From IMG/VR virus record IMGVR_UViG_3300028534_000017, positions 8,284 to 72,283 of that record: a stretch of 64,000 nt of DNA. The stretch is one strand, 5' to 3'. This document shows positions 20,539 to 29,892 of the stretch, piece by piece. Source of the DNA: a virus. Below the pieces are notes generated by a model, which worked only from the letters and a program-made list of their open reading frames with translations, did not search any database and had not been told where the DNA came from. The position numbers and the translations under genes are program-made. Within the stretch, counting starts at the first letter, position 1. Each line of letters starts with the position of its first letter.

Positions 20539-21315
20539 TTAATCGAAATTAACATTTAATTTAAATGTTTTTACTGTAAATTCTCGTTCGTTTAATCGTT
20601 TACCATTAATCCAATATTGGGATTTTTTGGTTTTATATGTATATACGAACGCTGGTCCATCTTCGCGATGCAATTTACCATTTACCCAATATTGCAAATA
20701 TCCCATATATTTGCATTCTACCGCTGGTCCATCCATTCGATGAAATTTTCCATTAATAGCCCAGATTTTACAATATCTTTTTGAAATACTTGCTGGTCCA
20801 TCTTCTCTATGTAAAAATTTTTTATACTCTTGGATTAAATCATTTTTAAATCGTTTTTTTGCTGATGGGGATATTAATATAGCGACTCGTCTTATATTAG
20901 ATAAACTATTCCAATCTATCTTAAAAAAATAAATTTTTGTATGAGTATAAAATATCCAATCGTTTCTAGGAACTGGTCTAAGTTTAAAAAGTATTCGGAG
21001 TACTTTAAAAAAATGAATATATTTAAAGGCAGAAGATGGTTTATAAAATATTGGAAATATTCCATATTTAAAATATTTATAATATATATATAATGGATAT
21101 AACTTAAAAAAATCTATTACATATATAAAAGATAATTTAAATAATTGAAAAATTTTTTTAAAGGTTTTATAAAAAGTTGGAAAATACTTATATATTGATT
21201 TCCATTTTAAAGTATCCTCTAGTAACGGTTCTTCTAACATTTCATCTATATTTGATTGACTAGTTTGTCCACGTTCTCCAACTGGTCCTCTGATGTGTCC
21301 ATCAATTTCGATCAT
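20539..21315 (-). CDS. Protein with LHRxDGPA (MORN-like) repeats
   Basis: LHREDGPA, FHRMDGPA and LHREDGPA repeats; ends KLNVNFD. Confidence 0.7.
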   Translation of the reverse strand: MIEIDGHIRGPVGERGQTSQSNIDEMLEEPLLEDTLKWKSIYKYFPTFYKTFKKIFQLFKLSFIYVIDFFKLYPLYIYYKYFKYGIFPIFYKPSSAFKYIHFFKVLRILFKLRPVPRNDWIFYTHTKIYFFKIDWNSLSNIRRVAILISPSAKKRFKNDLIQEYKKFLHREDGPASISKRYCKIWAINGKFHRMDGPAVECKYMGYLQYWVNGKLHREDGPAFVYTYKTKKSQYWINGKRLNEREFTVKTFKLNVNFD

Positions 21316-21316
21316 A

Positions 21317-21718
21317 TTATCTACCGGTTTGAATAAGATATTTTAAAGCAGCTGATATATGTTTACAGTATTTTTTACGACAATCTGGATTCGTATTTTC
21401 AGGCGGGGCGTCTACAAATCCTTCTGGTATAAATAAAGAACCTTCTTGATTTAAACAATAAGCTCGTCTAAAAATAAAATCATGACAGCTACAATATACT
21501 CGTACTTCGGTATCTGGAGTAATTACTGGAACACCGTTTCTACCTTCTATCTTAACTGTATATAATTGTGGTCCACCATACTTCTTTTTCATAGTAGTAC
21601 TATTACTTTTTATAATTAGCTGTTTACTTTCTTGATCAAAATTTCGAGATTTTATAAGTTTAATAACTTGCATATTATGATCTACATTCCCAGACATTAA
21701 TTCATGCGCTTTTAACAT
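21317..21718 (-). CDS. SWIM zinc-finger protein
   Basis: YCSCHDF...CKHISA (CxC...CxH). Confidence 0.75.
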   Translation of the reverse strand: MLKAHELMSGNVDHNMQVIKLIKSRNFDQESKQLIIKSNSTTMKKKYGGPQLYTVKIEGRNGVPVITPDTEVRVYCSCHDFIFRRAYCLNQEGSLFIPEGFVDAPPENTNPDCRKKYCKHISAALKYLIQTGR

Positions 21719-21948
21719 TCTTCTTCCTTTTTCTTTTTTCCATATAAACAACCCATATCCATTCTTAAACAGACGTGATCGTATCCAAATAATTCTCTAG
21801 ACCAATAACAATCCATACTTGATCCATCCTCCTCGGTTCCGTATTTACATTCTTGACGTAAAATTATTTCATTTCCTTTTACTGGTTCTGAAACTGGTTC
21901 TGGATTAGGTTTAATTTTTTTAAGATTTTCCCTCATTCCAGTATTCAT
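21712..21948 (-). CDS. Small Cys-rich hypothetical protein
   Basis: 78 aa with several Cys residues. Confidence 0.45.
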   Translation of the reverse strand: MNTGMRENLKKIKPNPEPVSEPVKGNEIILRQECKYGTEEDGSSMDCYWSRELFGYDHVCLRMDMGCLYGKKKKEEEC

Positions 21949-21995
21949 TAAAAATTGAATTATTATCTATTTTCATACTTTTACCAAACGTTCTT

Positions 21996-22391
21996 TTATT
22001 CCTCCCAATTATCTAATAATTCCTTTTCGGAATACACCACACCTAAAGTTTTAAAATAAGCTTGGGCATTATGAGTATTTCCATTTTCATCAATTACGGA
22101 AAGAGGTTTTCTTTGATACATCGATGTTTCAAAAGTATCCAATTTATTTAATTTTGTATGGTGAAATACCCAAATTTCCCCTTTAATAAATTTACCATGA
22201 TCTTCTTTATCTAAAAGATATGGGAATTTTATTCCGTACTTACTATCATTTGGTATCATTGGATATTTCTTACTAGTCATAGCCTTACCAAGAAAAGTAC
22301 CATTCTTAGCAGCTAATTCATTATTAGAAAATCCCTTTTTTAAGGTACCATATATAAATATTTTTACTAAGCCCATTTTAATTTCCTTCAA
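21996..22391 (-). CDS. Gamma-glutamylcyclotransferase (AIG2-like)
   Basis: IFIYGTLKKGFSNN, PYL, GEIW, LDTFE. Confidence 0.85.
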   Translation of the reverse strand: MKEIKMGLVKIFIYGTLKKGFSNNELAAKNGTFLGKAMTSKKYPMIPNDSKYGIKFPYLLDKEDHGKFIKGEIWVFHHTKLNKLDTFETSMYQRKPLSVIDENGNTHNAQAYFKTLGVVYSEKELLDNWEE

Positions 22392-23208
22392 AAATTTCTA
22401 AATCTGATTCTTCTGTAAAAAAATTAGATATCTTTTTAGGTATAAATTTTAATTGTTCGCAAGAACAATTAAAATATTTTAAACCAAACTCTTCGCCAAA
22501 TGGATTTATATTTCTAGAATGTGTATGTCCATGAAAATTAAATTTTATATTGGAGTATTCATTTACTACATGAATTAACTTATCAATTCTTGGATTTATT
22601 TTTTCATTTTTACCTCGTCTAGAAACTTCTTTCTCATATTCTGAAATTGGATAATGACTAAAAATAGAATTATTCATAATCAAAGCACTGAATAAATTAT
22701 CGTTATCTTCTCCAGGTACTTCTCGCATTATTATTTTACCATTTTTTAAAAATAGAATTTCAACTAATCCTCTAATTACAGTAAAATTTGGATAAGAATT
22801 TAAACCACTTCTATCATGATTACCAAGAATTAAAATTTTATTTCCATTTAATTTTGGAATAATTTCCTGAATTCCTTTCCAAGCAAAATCTCCCAAACAT
22901 ATAATAAGATCGTTCTCTTCAATCACTTCATTCCATTTTTTAATTAACATTTCATTATGAAAAATTACCAAATCCTTAGAAATGATTTCTAATCTTTTAT
23001 ATGTTTTTCCTGTATCCTGATACTCGGAGTATTGGAAATCTTTTATTACTTTAATAAACTTTTCTGGAAGTTCTGGATGTTCAAGAACTAAATCTAATCT
23101 AGATTTTTCAAAAAGTAAAACCCGATCATGAAAAAAATGAGTATCTGATATTATACGAGTACTTCCATTAATCTTTTTTAAAATTTCAAGATCTTTTCTT
23201 TCTAGCAT
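22378..23208 (-). CDS. Calcineurin-like metallophosphoesterase
   Basis: SDTHFFH, LGDF, GNHD, SHYP and HGHTH motifs. Confidence 0.88.
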   Translation of the reverse strand: MLERKDLEILKKINGSTRIISDTHFFHDRVLLFEKSRLDLVLEHPELPEKFIKVIKDFQYSEYQDTGKTYKRLEIISKDLVIFHNEMLIKKWNEVIEENDLIICLGDFAWKGIQEIIPKLNGNKILILGNHDRSGLNSYPNFTVIRGLVEILFLKNGKIIMREVPGEDNDNLFSALIMNNSIFSHYPISEYEKEVSRRGKNEKINPRIDKLIHVVNEYSNIKFNFHGHTHSRNINPFGEEFGLKYFNCSCEQLKFIPKKISNFFTEESDLEIFEGN

Positions 23209-23209
23209 T

Positions 23210-23944
23210 TTAATCCTCCGATTTGACTAAATGGTTATCTGGATGTTTCTCCATTGTTAATTTTTTAATAACTTCCGGAATTATACATTTAATATTGTCG
23301 ATTTTTTTATATTTTTTATTAACCGATTTCGTATCTTTTGATAATTTGTCAATCCATCCTGTAATTTGACCAGCTCCGGATCCAGTAGTATTACAAACAC
23401 ATTTTTTAGAAGTAATATAATATTTATATTTTTTAGTAAATACTAATTTCATATTCTCTTTTGGTTGAATAAAAATATTTATGTCTACATTTTCACCCAT
23501 TGGAGAATATAAACTAGTTAAAAAATTGTATAGATATCCCTCTTTATTTCCAGTACCAATTCCAGTTCGAACTGGATTAAGCTCAGTATACTTATAAAAA
23601 ACTTTATCTTTTTTATCAAACAATAGATAAAATTCTCTATTATTACCAAATACTTTTACAATAATATTTTTATATTTTTCTTGAATATTAAGAATATTAT
23701 CCGAATATCTTTTCATTTTTTTCTTAAAGTTTTCCATTGGGTCCAAATGTTCTTCAAAACATTCTTCTGGAAATCCCATTCGTAAAAATTCCATCATTTC
23801 CGATTCGGACACAACACTTTCATTAATTTTTAAATAATTATTAAAATATTTTTGTCCATCGAAAACAACTTCGTCAAATTTTAATAAACCATCTTTTACT
23901 TCTCTTGGTAAAGTAAAACTATATCTTTTTTCTACGTTTTCCAT
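23210..23944 (-). CDS. Hypothetical protein
   Basis: 244-aa ORF. Confidence 0.55.
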   Translation of the reverse strand: MENVEKRYSFTLPREVKDGLLKFDEVVFDGQKYFNNYLKINESVVSESEMMEFLRMGFPEECFEEHLDPMENFKKKMKRYSDNILNIQEKYKNIIVKVFGNNREFYLLFDKKDKVFYKYTELNPVRTGIGTGNKEGYLYNFLTSLYSPMGENVDINIFIQPKENMKLVFTKKYKYYITSKKCVCNTTGSGAGQITGWIDKLSKDTKSVNKKYKKIDNIKCIIPEVIKKLTMEKHPDNHLVKSED

Positions 23945-23964
23945 TTCTTTTTCCTTTAATTTAT

Positions 23965-24309
23965 TTAATTATGAAATTGAATTTCAATTTTATGAATATT
24001 TTTCTTTTTTGGATACAATGTTCCAAAAGAAACCTTAACTGGCAAATTTTCTAAAGATTGACAATAATTATACCAGGTATTATTTATACCTTCCCAAATA
24101 CTTCCACCCATTATGCTTTCACTCCAAGTGAAAGCATAATTAACATATTCCTCCACTTCTACTTCGGTGTATGGAGTTAAACTAACTAAATCTTTTACAT
24201 TAGTCGAAGTATATGTATTTATAAAATCCTGAACTATTTCCGGTGGATAATTATTCCGTAACCATTCCATAAATTCTATTTTCATTTTATTCCTTTCTAA
24301 ATTATTCAA
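23965..24309 (-). CDS. Trp-rich paralog family protein
   Basis: FTWSESIMGGSIWEGINNTW core; ends KIEIQFHN. Confidence 0.6.
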   Translation of the reverse strand: MNNLERNKMKIEFMEWLRNNYPPEIVQDFINTYTSTNVKDLVSLTPYTEVEVEEYVNYAFTWSESIMGGSIWEGINNTWYNYCQSLENLPVKVSFGTLYPKKKNIHKIEIQFHN

Positions 24310-24325
24310 TAACTATCTATACCAC

Positions 24326-24541
24326 GTACCATGAATAGTTAACTATTAATAGTTATTTATTTTTAAAATCTCTAGCTAACAGATTTTAAAATAAACTTAA
24401 AATCAAAAAGCAAGTCCCCTATTTACCGGTGATATCAATGTTTGAAAAATTAACTATTTCTTAAATTCTCGTCTCAGAAAATTTTTGTCTTTTTGAAATA
24501 ACTGGCTGTCTATAGATAGTTGACACTATGAATAGTTATTT
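24326..24541. repeat. 216-bp repeat, inverted copy of 36499..36714
   Basis: Manual alignment shows identity except a ~10-nt central block and one substitution. Confidence 0.9.
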
Positions 24542-24878
24542 ACTCAAACTTAATTTTAAGTTTTTGTCTTTTTTTTAAATAATTAAAATCTATATAAACA
24601 TTATTTATATGTATATTATTATTATAAACGAATTCGCTCCAATCTGAATCGATTTTTGAAAATGAATAATTAACTGTTAACTCAGCATGATGCCAAATAA
24701 AAAGTTTATCTATAACAGAAGAAATATGATGGAGACCTTTTATATTAGAATCAACTGGCATAACTTTTTCAAAAAATCCTAACTGTTTTATATTAAAAGA
24801 ATATTGTAATTCTTTTAATATATCTTCTTCTTTGAAATTATAATTATTAACTAACCATTCTATTAAATTTATTCTCAT
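24540..24878 (-). CDS. Trp-rich paralog (diverged third copy of a tandem triplet)
   Basis: Starts MRINLIEWLVNNY; ends KLKIKFE. Confidence 0.7.
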   Translation of the reverse strand: MRINLIEWLVNNYNFKEEDILKELQYSFNIKQLGFFEKVMPVDSNIKGLHHISSVIDKLFIWHHAELTVNYSFSKIDSDWSEFVYNNNIHINNVYIDFNYLKKRQKLKIKFE

Positions 24879-25235
24879 TTAATCTCCTTCGAATTTTATT
24901 TTTAACTTTTCTTTTTTAAAAAAATTAAAATCGTAATAAACATCATTTATATCAAGATAATTAAGATCACAGAACTTTCTCCAATCAGCATCGATGTATA
25001 GAAAACGAAATGGTTCTTTAGTTCCTAACCCTTTTCTACTATCGGCATGTTGCCAAATAAATAATCTGTCTATACTTCCCTGAACTCTTCCTAAATCATG
25101 TATAGCAGATAATTCTTTTTTATCGTAATATTTACCAAGATTTTTATTATTAAAAGAATACTGTAATTCTGATTTTAAAACATCTCGATCCATATAATAA
25201 TTATTAACTAACCATTCTATTAAATTTATTCTCAT
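24879..25235 (-). CDS. Trp-rich paralog (tandem duplicate)
   Basis: Near-identical to 25236..25592; 357-bp period. Confidence 0.75.
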   Translation of the reverse strand: MRINLIEWLVNNYYMDRDVLKSELQYSFNNKNLGKYYDKKELSAIHDLGRVQGSIDRLFIWQHADSRKGLGTKEPFRFLYIDADWRKFCDLNYLDINDVYYDFNFFKKEKLKIKFEGD

Positions 25236-25592
25236 TTAATCTCCTTCGAATTTTATTTTTAACGTTTCTTTTTTAAAAAAATTAAAATCGTAATAAACAT
25301 CGGATATATCAAGATAATTAAGATCACAGAACTTTCTCCAATCATCATCTATGTATAGAAAATAAATTGCTCCTTTAGTTCCTAACCCTTCTGCCTGATT
25401 AGCGTGTTGCCAAATAAATAATCTGTTAATACTTTCCTTGACTCTTCTTAAACCATGTATAGCAGATAATTCTTTTTTATCATAATATTCGCCAAGATTT
25501 TTATTATTAAAAGAATACTGTAATTCTGATTTTAAAACATCTCGATTCATATAATAATTATTAACTAACCATTCTATTAAATTTATTCTCAT
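25236..25592 (-). CDS. Trp-rich paralog (tandem duplicate)
   Basis: Near-identical to 24879..25235; ends LKIKFEGD. Confidence 0.75.
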   Translation of the reverse strand: MRINLIEWLVNNYYMNRDVLKSELQYSFNNKNLGEYYDKKELSAIHGLRRVKESINRLFIWQHANQAEGLGTKGAIYFLYIDDDWRKFCDLNYLDISDVYYDFNFFKKETLKIKFEGD

Positions 25593-25967
25593 TTAATCTC
25601 CTTCGAACTTAATTTCAATTTTTTTCAAATTATTTATCGAACGATCGATAAATATTTTTTTTACTTTATATTCTGGTCGACCTTTAAATTTTTCAATATT
25701 AAATAAAAAAGCATTCCATCTACTGTCTATAAAACGCCAGTATTCGTGTCCCTGCGGAGTTTCATGCCAAATAGCATGTAAAAGTATATATTGATTTGGA
25801 TTTACAGTTTCCCTATATAGTCTTTCTTTTCTAGTTAATGATAATAAAGAAATGTTATATAAAAAATTTTCCCGAACTGATTGATAATTAACCACTCTTT
25901 TAGAAAATTCATCTAACCATTCTAAAAAACAAATTTCTTCATTTAAATATGGTTTTTTAAAATTCAT
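25593..25967 (-). CDS. Trp-rich paralog family protein
   Basis: IWHETPQGHEYWRFIDSRW core; ends KIEIKFEGD. Confidence 0.65.
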   Translation of the reverse strand: MNFKKPYLNEEICFLEWLDEFSKRVVNYQSVRENFLYNISLLSLTRKERLYRETVNPNQYILLHAIWHETPQGHEYWRFIDSRWNAFLFNIEKFKGRPEYKVKKIFIDRSINNLKKIEIKFEGD

Positions 25968-26002
25968 TTATTTTTCCTTTTTTAATTTAAGTAAGTATAA
26001 AA

Positions 26003-26215
26003 TGGTCCCGCGCCTTGCTTCGAGGTAGTAAGCCAAGTAGTACTAAGTATCAATCCCATTACCAATCTATTGTATATCTTGCTTTACGCTGGTACAATCC
26101 CTTGTACCAATATACTATTGATAATGTATTAATCCTAATACCACCTGCCATACTGCTCTATGCCTGACCGGTAACCCGATATAATAAGCTTCTTTCATCT
26201 TATTGTATCTTTTCT
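26003..26215 (-). ncRNA. Candidate small RNA or structured leader
   Basis: Visibly GC-enriched, no long ORF, directly downstream of promoter copy 2; contains hairpin TGGTACAA-GGGA-TTGTACCA. Confidence 0.35.
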
Positions 26216-26220
26216 GATTA

Positions 26221-26255
26221 TAAGATATCTATACATATGTATAGTTATTTTAAAG
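26221..26255 (-). promoter_or_regulatory. Bipartite phage promoter candidate, copy 2
   Basis: CTTTAAAATAA-CTATACATAT-GTATAGATATCTTA. Confidence 0.7.
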
Positions 26256-26271
26256 TAAAATTACGCCTAAA

Positions 26272-26595
26272 TTACTCAAAATTTATCTTAAGTTTTTCTC
26301 GGTTTATTTCCTCTCTTTTATAAAAAAGTATCTGAGTACTATCTTCTAAATTAGATACCATATTTTCCCATTTATGTGATAAACCATGCCAATCAGTTGT
26401 ATGCCTATTAGGTACTCTTGAAAATGAAAAAGCATTTAAAATCCAAAGAATTGGATGATTTTTAGACATGTAATCGGATAATGAACTATAATTGGTCTGA
26501 CTTTGATCCATATGATCGACAAACCAATCGATATTTATATTTTTATCATTTAAAAATTCTTCTAGACTATAATATTTCATTTTACTTCCAATCAA
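26272..26595 (-). CDS. Trp-rich paralog family protein
   Basis: YSLEEFLN shared with 26806..27150; ends KLKINFE. Confidence 0.6.
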   Translation of the reverse strand: MIGSKMKYYSLEEFLNDKNINIDWFVDHMDQSQTNYSSLSDYMSKNHPILWILNAFSFSRVPNRHTTDWHGLSHKWENMVSNLEDSTQILFYKREEINREKLKINFE

Positions 26596-26805
26596 ATAAT
26601 CTTGCTAAAACTTTTTCATGTGATCCATTGATCATTGCTTCATCTCTCCATACTGGCCTGTATGTGTGTCTATTTTGGCTTACCAATTTTAAATAAACTT
26701 CTGGTTTATTTTTTCAATATCTTTGATAATATTTTCAAACGATTCCTCAACCATATCTATACTTCCAACCACTTTTTTCTTTAACATAACTTTTTCCTTT
26801 TTTAT

Positions 26806-27150
26806 TTATTCGAACTTAATTTCGATATTTCTTATTTTTTTTAAATTATAGAATGTTATCTTGCAATCTTCATTTAGTGCATATTTGCAAAATTCTCTCC
26901 ACTCGTTATCCAAATATTCCCAAATGCTATATGAATAATCATTTGTATTGATATCCAATTTTTCAGCATTATGTTCCGACCATAAAAATGCTTTTACAAT
27001 CCATTCATTTGGTAAAAATTGTTTTTCGAATTGTTTTACAGAAAAAACATTTTGAGTTAATTCAAAATATTGGGAATTATCCATAAGTGATACAAATGTC
27101 TTTATATCCAATGCTTTTTCATTTAAAAACTCCTCTAGTGAATATACCAT
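26806..27150 (-). CDS. Trp-rich paralog family protein
   Basis: AFLWSE...IWEYLDNEW core; ends NIEIKFE. Confidence 0.6.
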   Translation of the reverse strand: MVYSLEEFLNEKALDIKTFVSLMDNSQYFELTQNVFSVKQFEKQFLPNEWIVKAFLWSEHNAEKLDINTNDYSYSIWEYLDNEWREFCKYALNEDCKITFYNLKKIRNIEIKFE

Positions 27151-27153
27151 TAT

Positions 27154-27360
27154 TTATCCTTTAAATATATATTGATCTATATTATAAAATATAAACGCCC
27201 CAATAATAGAAACTATTACTAAATCAATATATTCTTTATATTTTCCAAACTTTTTAGTCAACCCATATTTATTTATAATAACCAATGGTATCATCATTAC
27301 AAATGCGCTAAATATCCATCTACTTAAATAAATACCAAACTGTTCCGTCAAAAAACACAT
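27154..27360 (-). CDS. Small two-TM membrane protein
   Basis: Two hydrophobic stretches. Confidence 0.5.
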   Translation of the reverse strand: MCFLTEQFGIYLSRWIFSAFVMMIPLVIINKYGLTKKFGKYKEYIDLVIVSIIGAFIFYNIDQYIFKG

Positions 27361-27771
27361 TCATTCTCCTTCGAATTTTATTTTAATTTTTTCTAAGTTT
27401 TTTACATTTTTTTTATAACTTTTTAGAATTATTTTTTCTGGTTTATAATTTCCAATCAATTCTCTCCAAGAAGCATATAAACTTTCTAAATACTTTAGGT
27501 AATCAGTTTCTATTAAATTTAAACCATCTTTAAAAGAATCATTAAAAAATCTACTTGGGTTATACAATCTTCTTTCTCTAGCTATTTCAAAAAAATCTTC
27601 TATTTTGACGTAATCAATCTTTGCAAAAAATCCTTTTTCATCTGAATCAGCTATATAAAAGTTTAAAAATTTTCTGGTATTTAATTCAGGATAAACATCT
27701 ATAAAATCTTCAAAACTTAATACTCCATTTTCAACAATTTTTATAAAATCAATATAACCATTATGATTCAT
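27361..27771 (-). CDS. Hypothetical protein with KIKIKFE tail
   Basis: Ends LEKIKIKFEGE. Confidence 0.6.
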   Translation of the reverse strand: MNHNGYIDFIKIVENGVLSFEDFIDVYPELNTRKFLNFYIADSDEKGFFAKIDYVKIEDFFEIARERRLYNPSRFFNDSFKDGLNLIETDYLKYLESLYASWRELIGNYKPEKIILKSYKKNVKNLEKIKIKFEGE

Positions 27772-27788
27772 ATTACCTCTTTTTAAAC

Positions 27789-27820
27789 GACAAGAAAGGC
27801 TTCCGGAACTTATTCCGGAA
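27789..27820 (-). terminator. Hairpin plus TTTCTTGTC at the clamp-loader stop
   Basis: TTCCGGAA-TAAG-TTCCGGAA then GCCTTTCTTGTC. Confidence 0.5.
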
Positions 27821-28850
27821 TACCACCCTTACGTTGATAAATATTTAATAAAAGTTTTCCAATAGTGCTTACTAAATGTAAGTTTGGAAACTTTTTATTA
27901 TCTATATCTTGATAGTTCTTTATGATAACGTTTTTGATATCTATACTAAAATTTTCATCTAGTAACATATTAAAAATATAATCGTAATCTAAATTAAGAT
28001 CACTTTTTGTTGTATCGAGAACTGCTTTGTAGTACTGAGCAAATTGTGGATCATTATCCACATTTTCTAGAATTTTAGCAAGATTTTCTTTTGGCTGTGC
28101 TTCGGCATATCCAATAAGATATTTTAATAAATCGAAAATATAATCCTCGTGGTTACTAGAACTTTCTAATTCTCCAATATTCATAAGCACTTTATCTTTA
28201 ACATTTATTTCGATATTATTAAGAAGAACTCTTAACCCTTTTTGAATATGTTTATTTACAAATTCCCAAACATAATCTCTGTTATACTGAACTTCTTCTT
28301 TATCAAGAACTCCAATAATATAATAAAAAGCCTGTTCTGCTTGGATTTCCTTAAAGTTTAACTGCATATTGAAACGAGTTCTTAACGCAGGATCTAATTT
28401 ATGGGGATGATTGGTATTTGCTATAAATGAAACATATCCTTGATATTTTTCCATAAGTCCATCTTTAAGCATATTCTGAGCTTGTGGACTTAATTTATCG
28501 GCTTCCTCAATAAGAACAATCTTTTGATTACTTCTACCAGGTTTAGAAACTAACCAAGCTTTTAATTCCTCTACTGCGTCTACACCTTTACCAAGTCTAT
28601 GAAAATCTTTTGGTTCTTTAATAATACTTTTAACAAGTACATCTGCAAGACTCGACTTACCAAAACCACCAGGACCATAACTCAATACATTACCAGGAAT
28701 AAATTGATTATTAACAGCAGTGGAAAACATTGCTTTAATATCTTCCGGTTTTGCTGGACTACCATTTAAAGTATTTGGAAATACTAATTCCTCTATCGTA
28801 GTTGGTTTATATTTCATAAACCAAGCTCTATTATCAACCATATCAGCCAT
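27810..28850 (-). CDS. Sliding-clamp loader AAA+ subunit (RFC/gp44-like)
   Basis: WFMKYKPTTIEEL, GPGGFGKS (Walker A), LIEEADKLSPQAQ and LRTRF (SRC-like). Confidence 0.9.
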   Translation of the reverse strand: MADMVDNRAWFMKYKPTTIEELVFPNTLNGSPAKPEDIKAMFSTAVNNQFIPGNVLSYGPGGFGKSSLADVLVKSIIKEPKDFHRLGKGVDAVEELKAWLVSKPGRSNQKIVLIEEADKLSPQAQNMLKDGLMEKYQGYVSFIANTNHPHKLDPALRTRFNMQLNFKEIQAEQAFYYIIGVLDKEEVQYNRDYVWEFVNKHIQKGLRVLLNNIEINVKDKVLMNIGELESSSNHEDYIFDLLKYLIGYAEAQPKENLAKILENVDNDPQFAQYYKAVLDTTKSDLNLDYDYIFNMLLDENFSIDIKNVIIKNYQDIDNKKFPNLHLVSTIGKLLLNIYQRKGGIPE

Positions 28851-29052
28851 GTGCGTAACCTCCTGTATTATCAGCGCTGTTCCAATAAGCTTTATCGGAA
28901 TTGCTTTTTTGAATTGTAATTTTTAACCAAAAGAAAAAATACTCAATTTTATCTGAATCTTCTAAACGACCAATCCAAATATCAAGATATTTAATCTTAT
29001 TGGAAAAAACTGCTCTAACCTGCTCTTTAAATGAATATCTAATTTGAAACAT
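28843..29052 (-). CDS. Hypothetical protein
   Basis: 69-aa ORF with RBS. Confidence 0.45.
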   Translation of the reverse strand: MFQIRYSFKEQVRAVFSNKIKYLDIWIGRLEDSDKIEYFFFWLKITIQKSNSDKAYWNSADNTGGYAHG

Positions 29053-29127
29053 TATATATCCTTAAATAGTTTTTTGAAATGGTTGGCGTAACCATTACAT
29101 ATCTAATTTCATTGTCCACGGTACCTC

Positions 29128-29619
29128 CTATTTATATAACTTTTCTTTTGCTATATCATATAAAGAAACTTCACCAAGTTCTTTAATCACTTTAACTCCA
29201 GGAATTTCATTTAAAAGTTCTTTATCTTTTAACTGTCTTTCTGTTTCAGCTTCGGTACTATAAAAAATAACCTCTTTTCCCCTTTTAGGAATAAGTTTTA
29301 TTTGCTCTATATAAAGTTTACGGTCATTTATTTTTGGAAGTTTAGCATAAATAAACATCTTAAATTCATATAAACGATCCCAAGATTCTAAAGCATTTAA
29401 GGCATCGGCTTTATCAATGAACTCATTTTCTTTTACAGGTTTACCATAAAATTTAGAAAGAGTTTTATAATAACGATCACCTTCATGAGAATTTACCTTC
29501 GTAATTTTATATTTATCAAAATACCAAACTACTTTATGAAAATAATCTTTTGCTTTAATTTTATCAAACTTTTTTACTTTACATAGAAAACGGATTTCTT
29601 TATTTAGATTTTTAGACAT
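29128..29619 (-). CDS. Hypothetical protein
   Basis: 163-aa ORF with RBS AAGGA. Confidence 0.55.
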   Translation of the reverse strand: MSKNLNKEIRFLCKVKKFDKIKAKDYFHKVVWYFDKYKITKVNSHEGDRYYKTLSKFYGKPVKENEFIDKADALNALESWDRLYEFKMFIYAKLPKINDRKLYIEQIKLIPKRGKEVIFYSTEAETERQLKDKELLNEIPGVKVIKELGEVSLYDIAKEKLYK

Positions 29620-29634
29620 TTTTTTCCTTTAGAT

Positions 29635-29892
29635 TTATATATTTTGATAACGATTAATTATTTTTTTTAATCTCTTTTTAACCATTTTACAGGCAACTGT
29701 TGGATCATCATCAGTACTAGCAATAATATCAAAATGTGAATCTGGTACCATTTTTAAGGCACACGTCCAAGCATTACCTTTAAGTTTTAAAGATACGCTA
29801 CGAACCGAACCAATATTCTCTTCACATAATTGTTGGATACGTACTAGACGATCTTCATTTGTTTTTGTAGTCTTTTTGCTTTCTTTGTGCAT
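29635..29892 (-). CDS. Hypothetical protein
   Basis: 85-aa ORF. Confidence 0.5.
   Translation of the reverse strand: MHKESKKTTKTNEDRLVRIQQLCEENIGSVRSVSLKLKGNAWTCALKMVPDSHFDIIASTDDDPTVACKMVKKRLKKIINRYQNI

Noticed and set aside
26003-26190. tRNA or tmRNA (3' end reads ACCA)
   Set aside because: No GTTCRA T-loop, only about 4 bp of possible acceptor stem, and no tag frame. Kept only as a generic ncRNA candidate.
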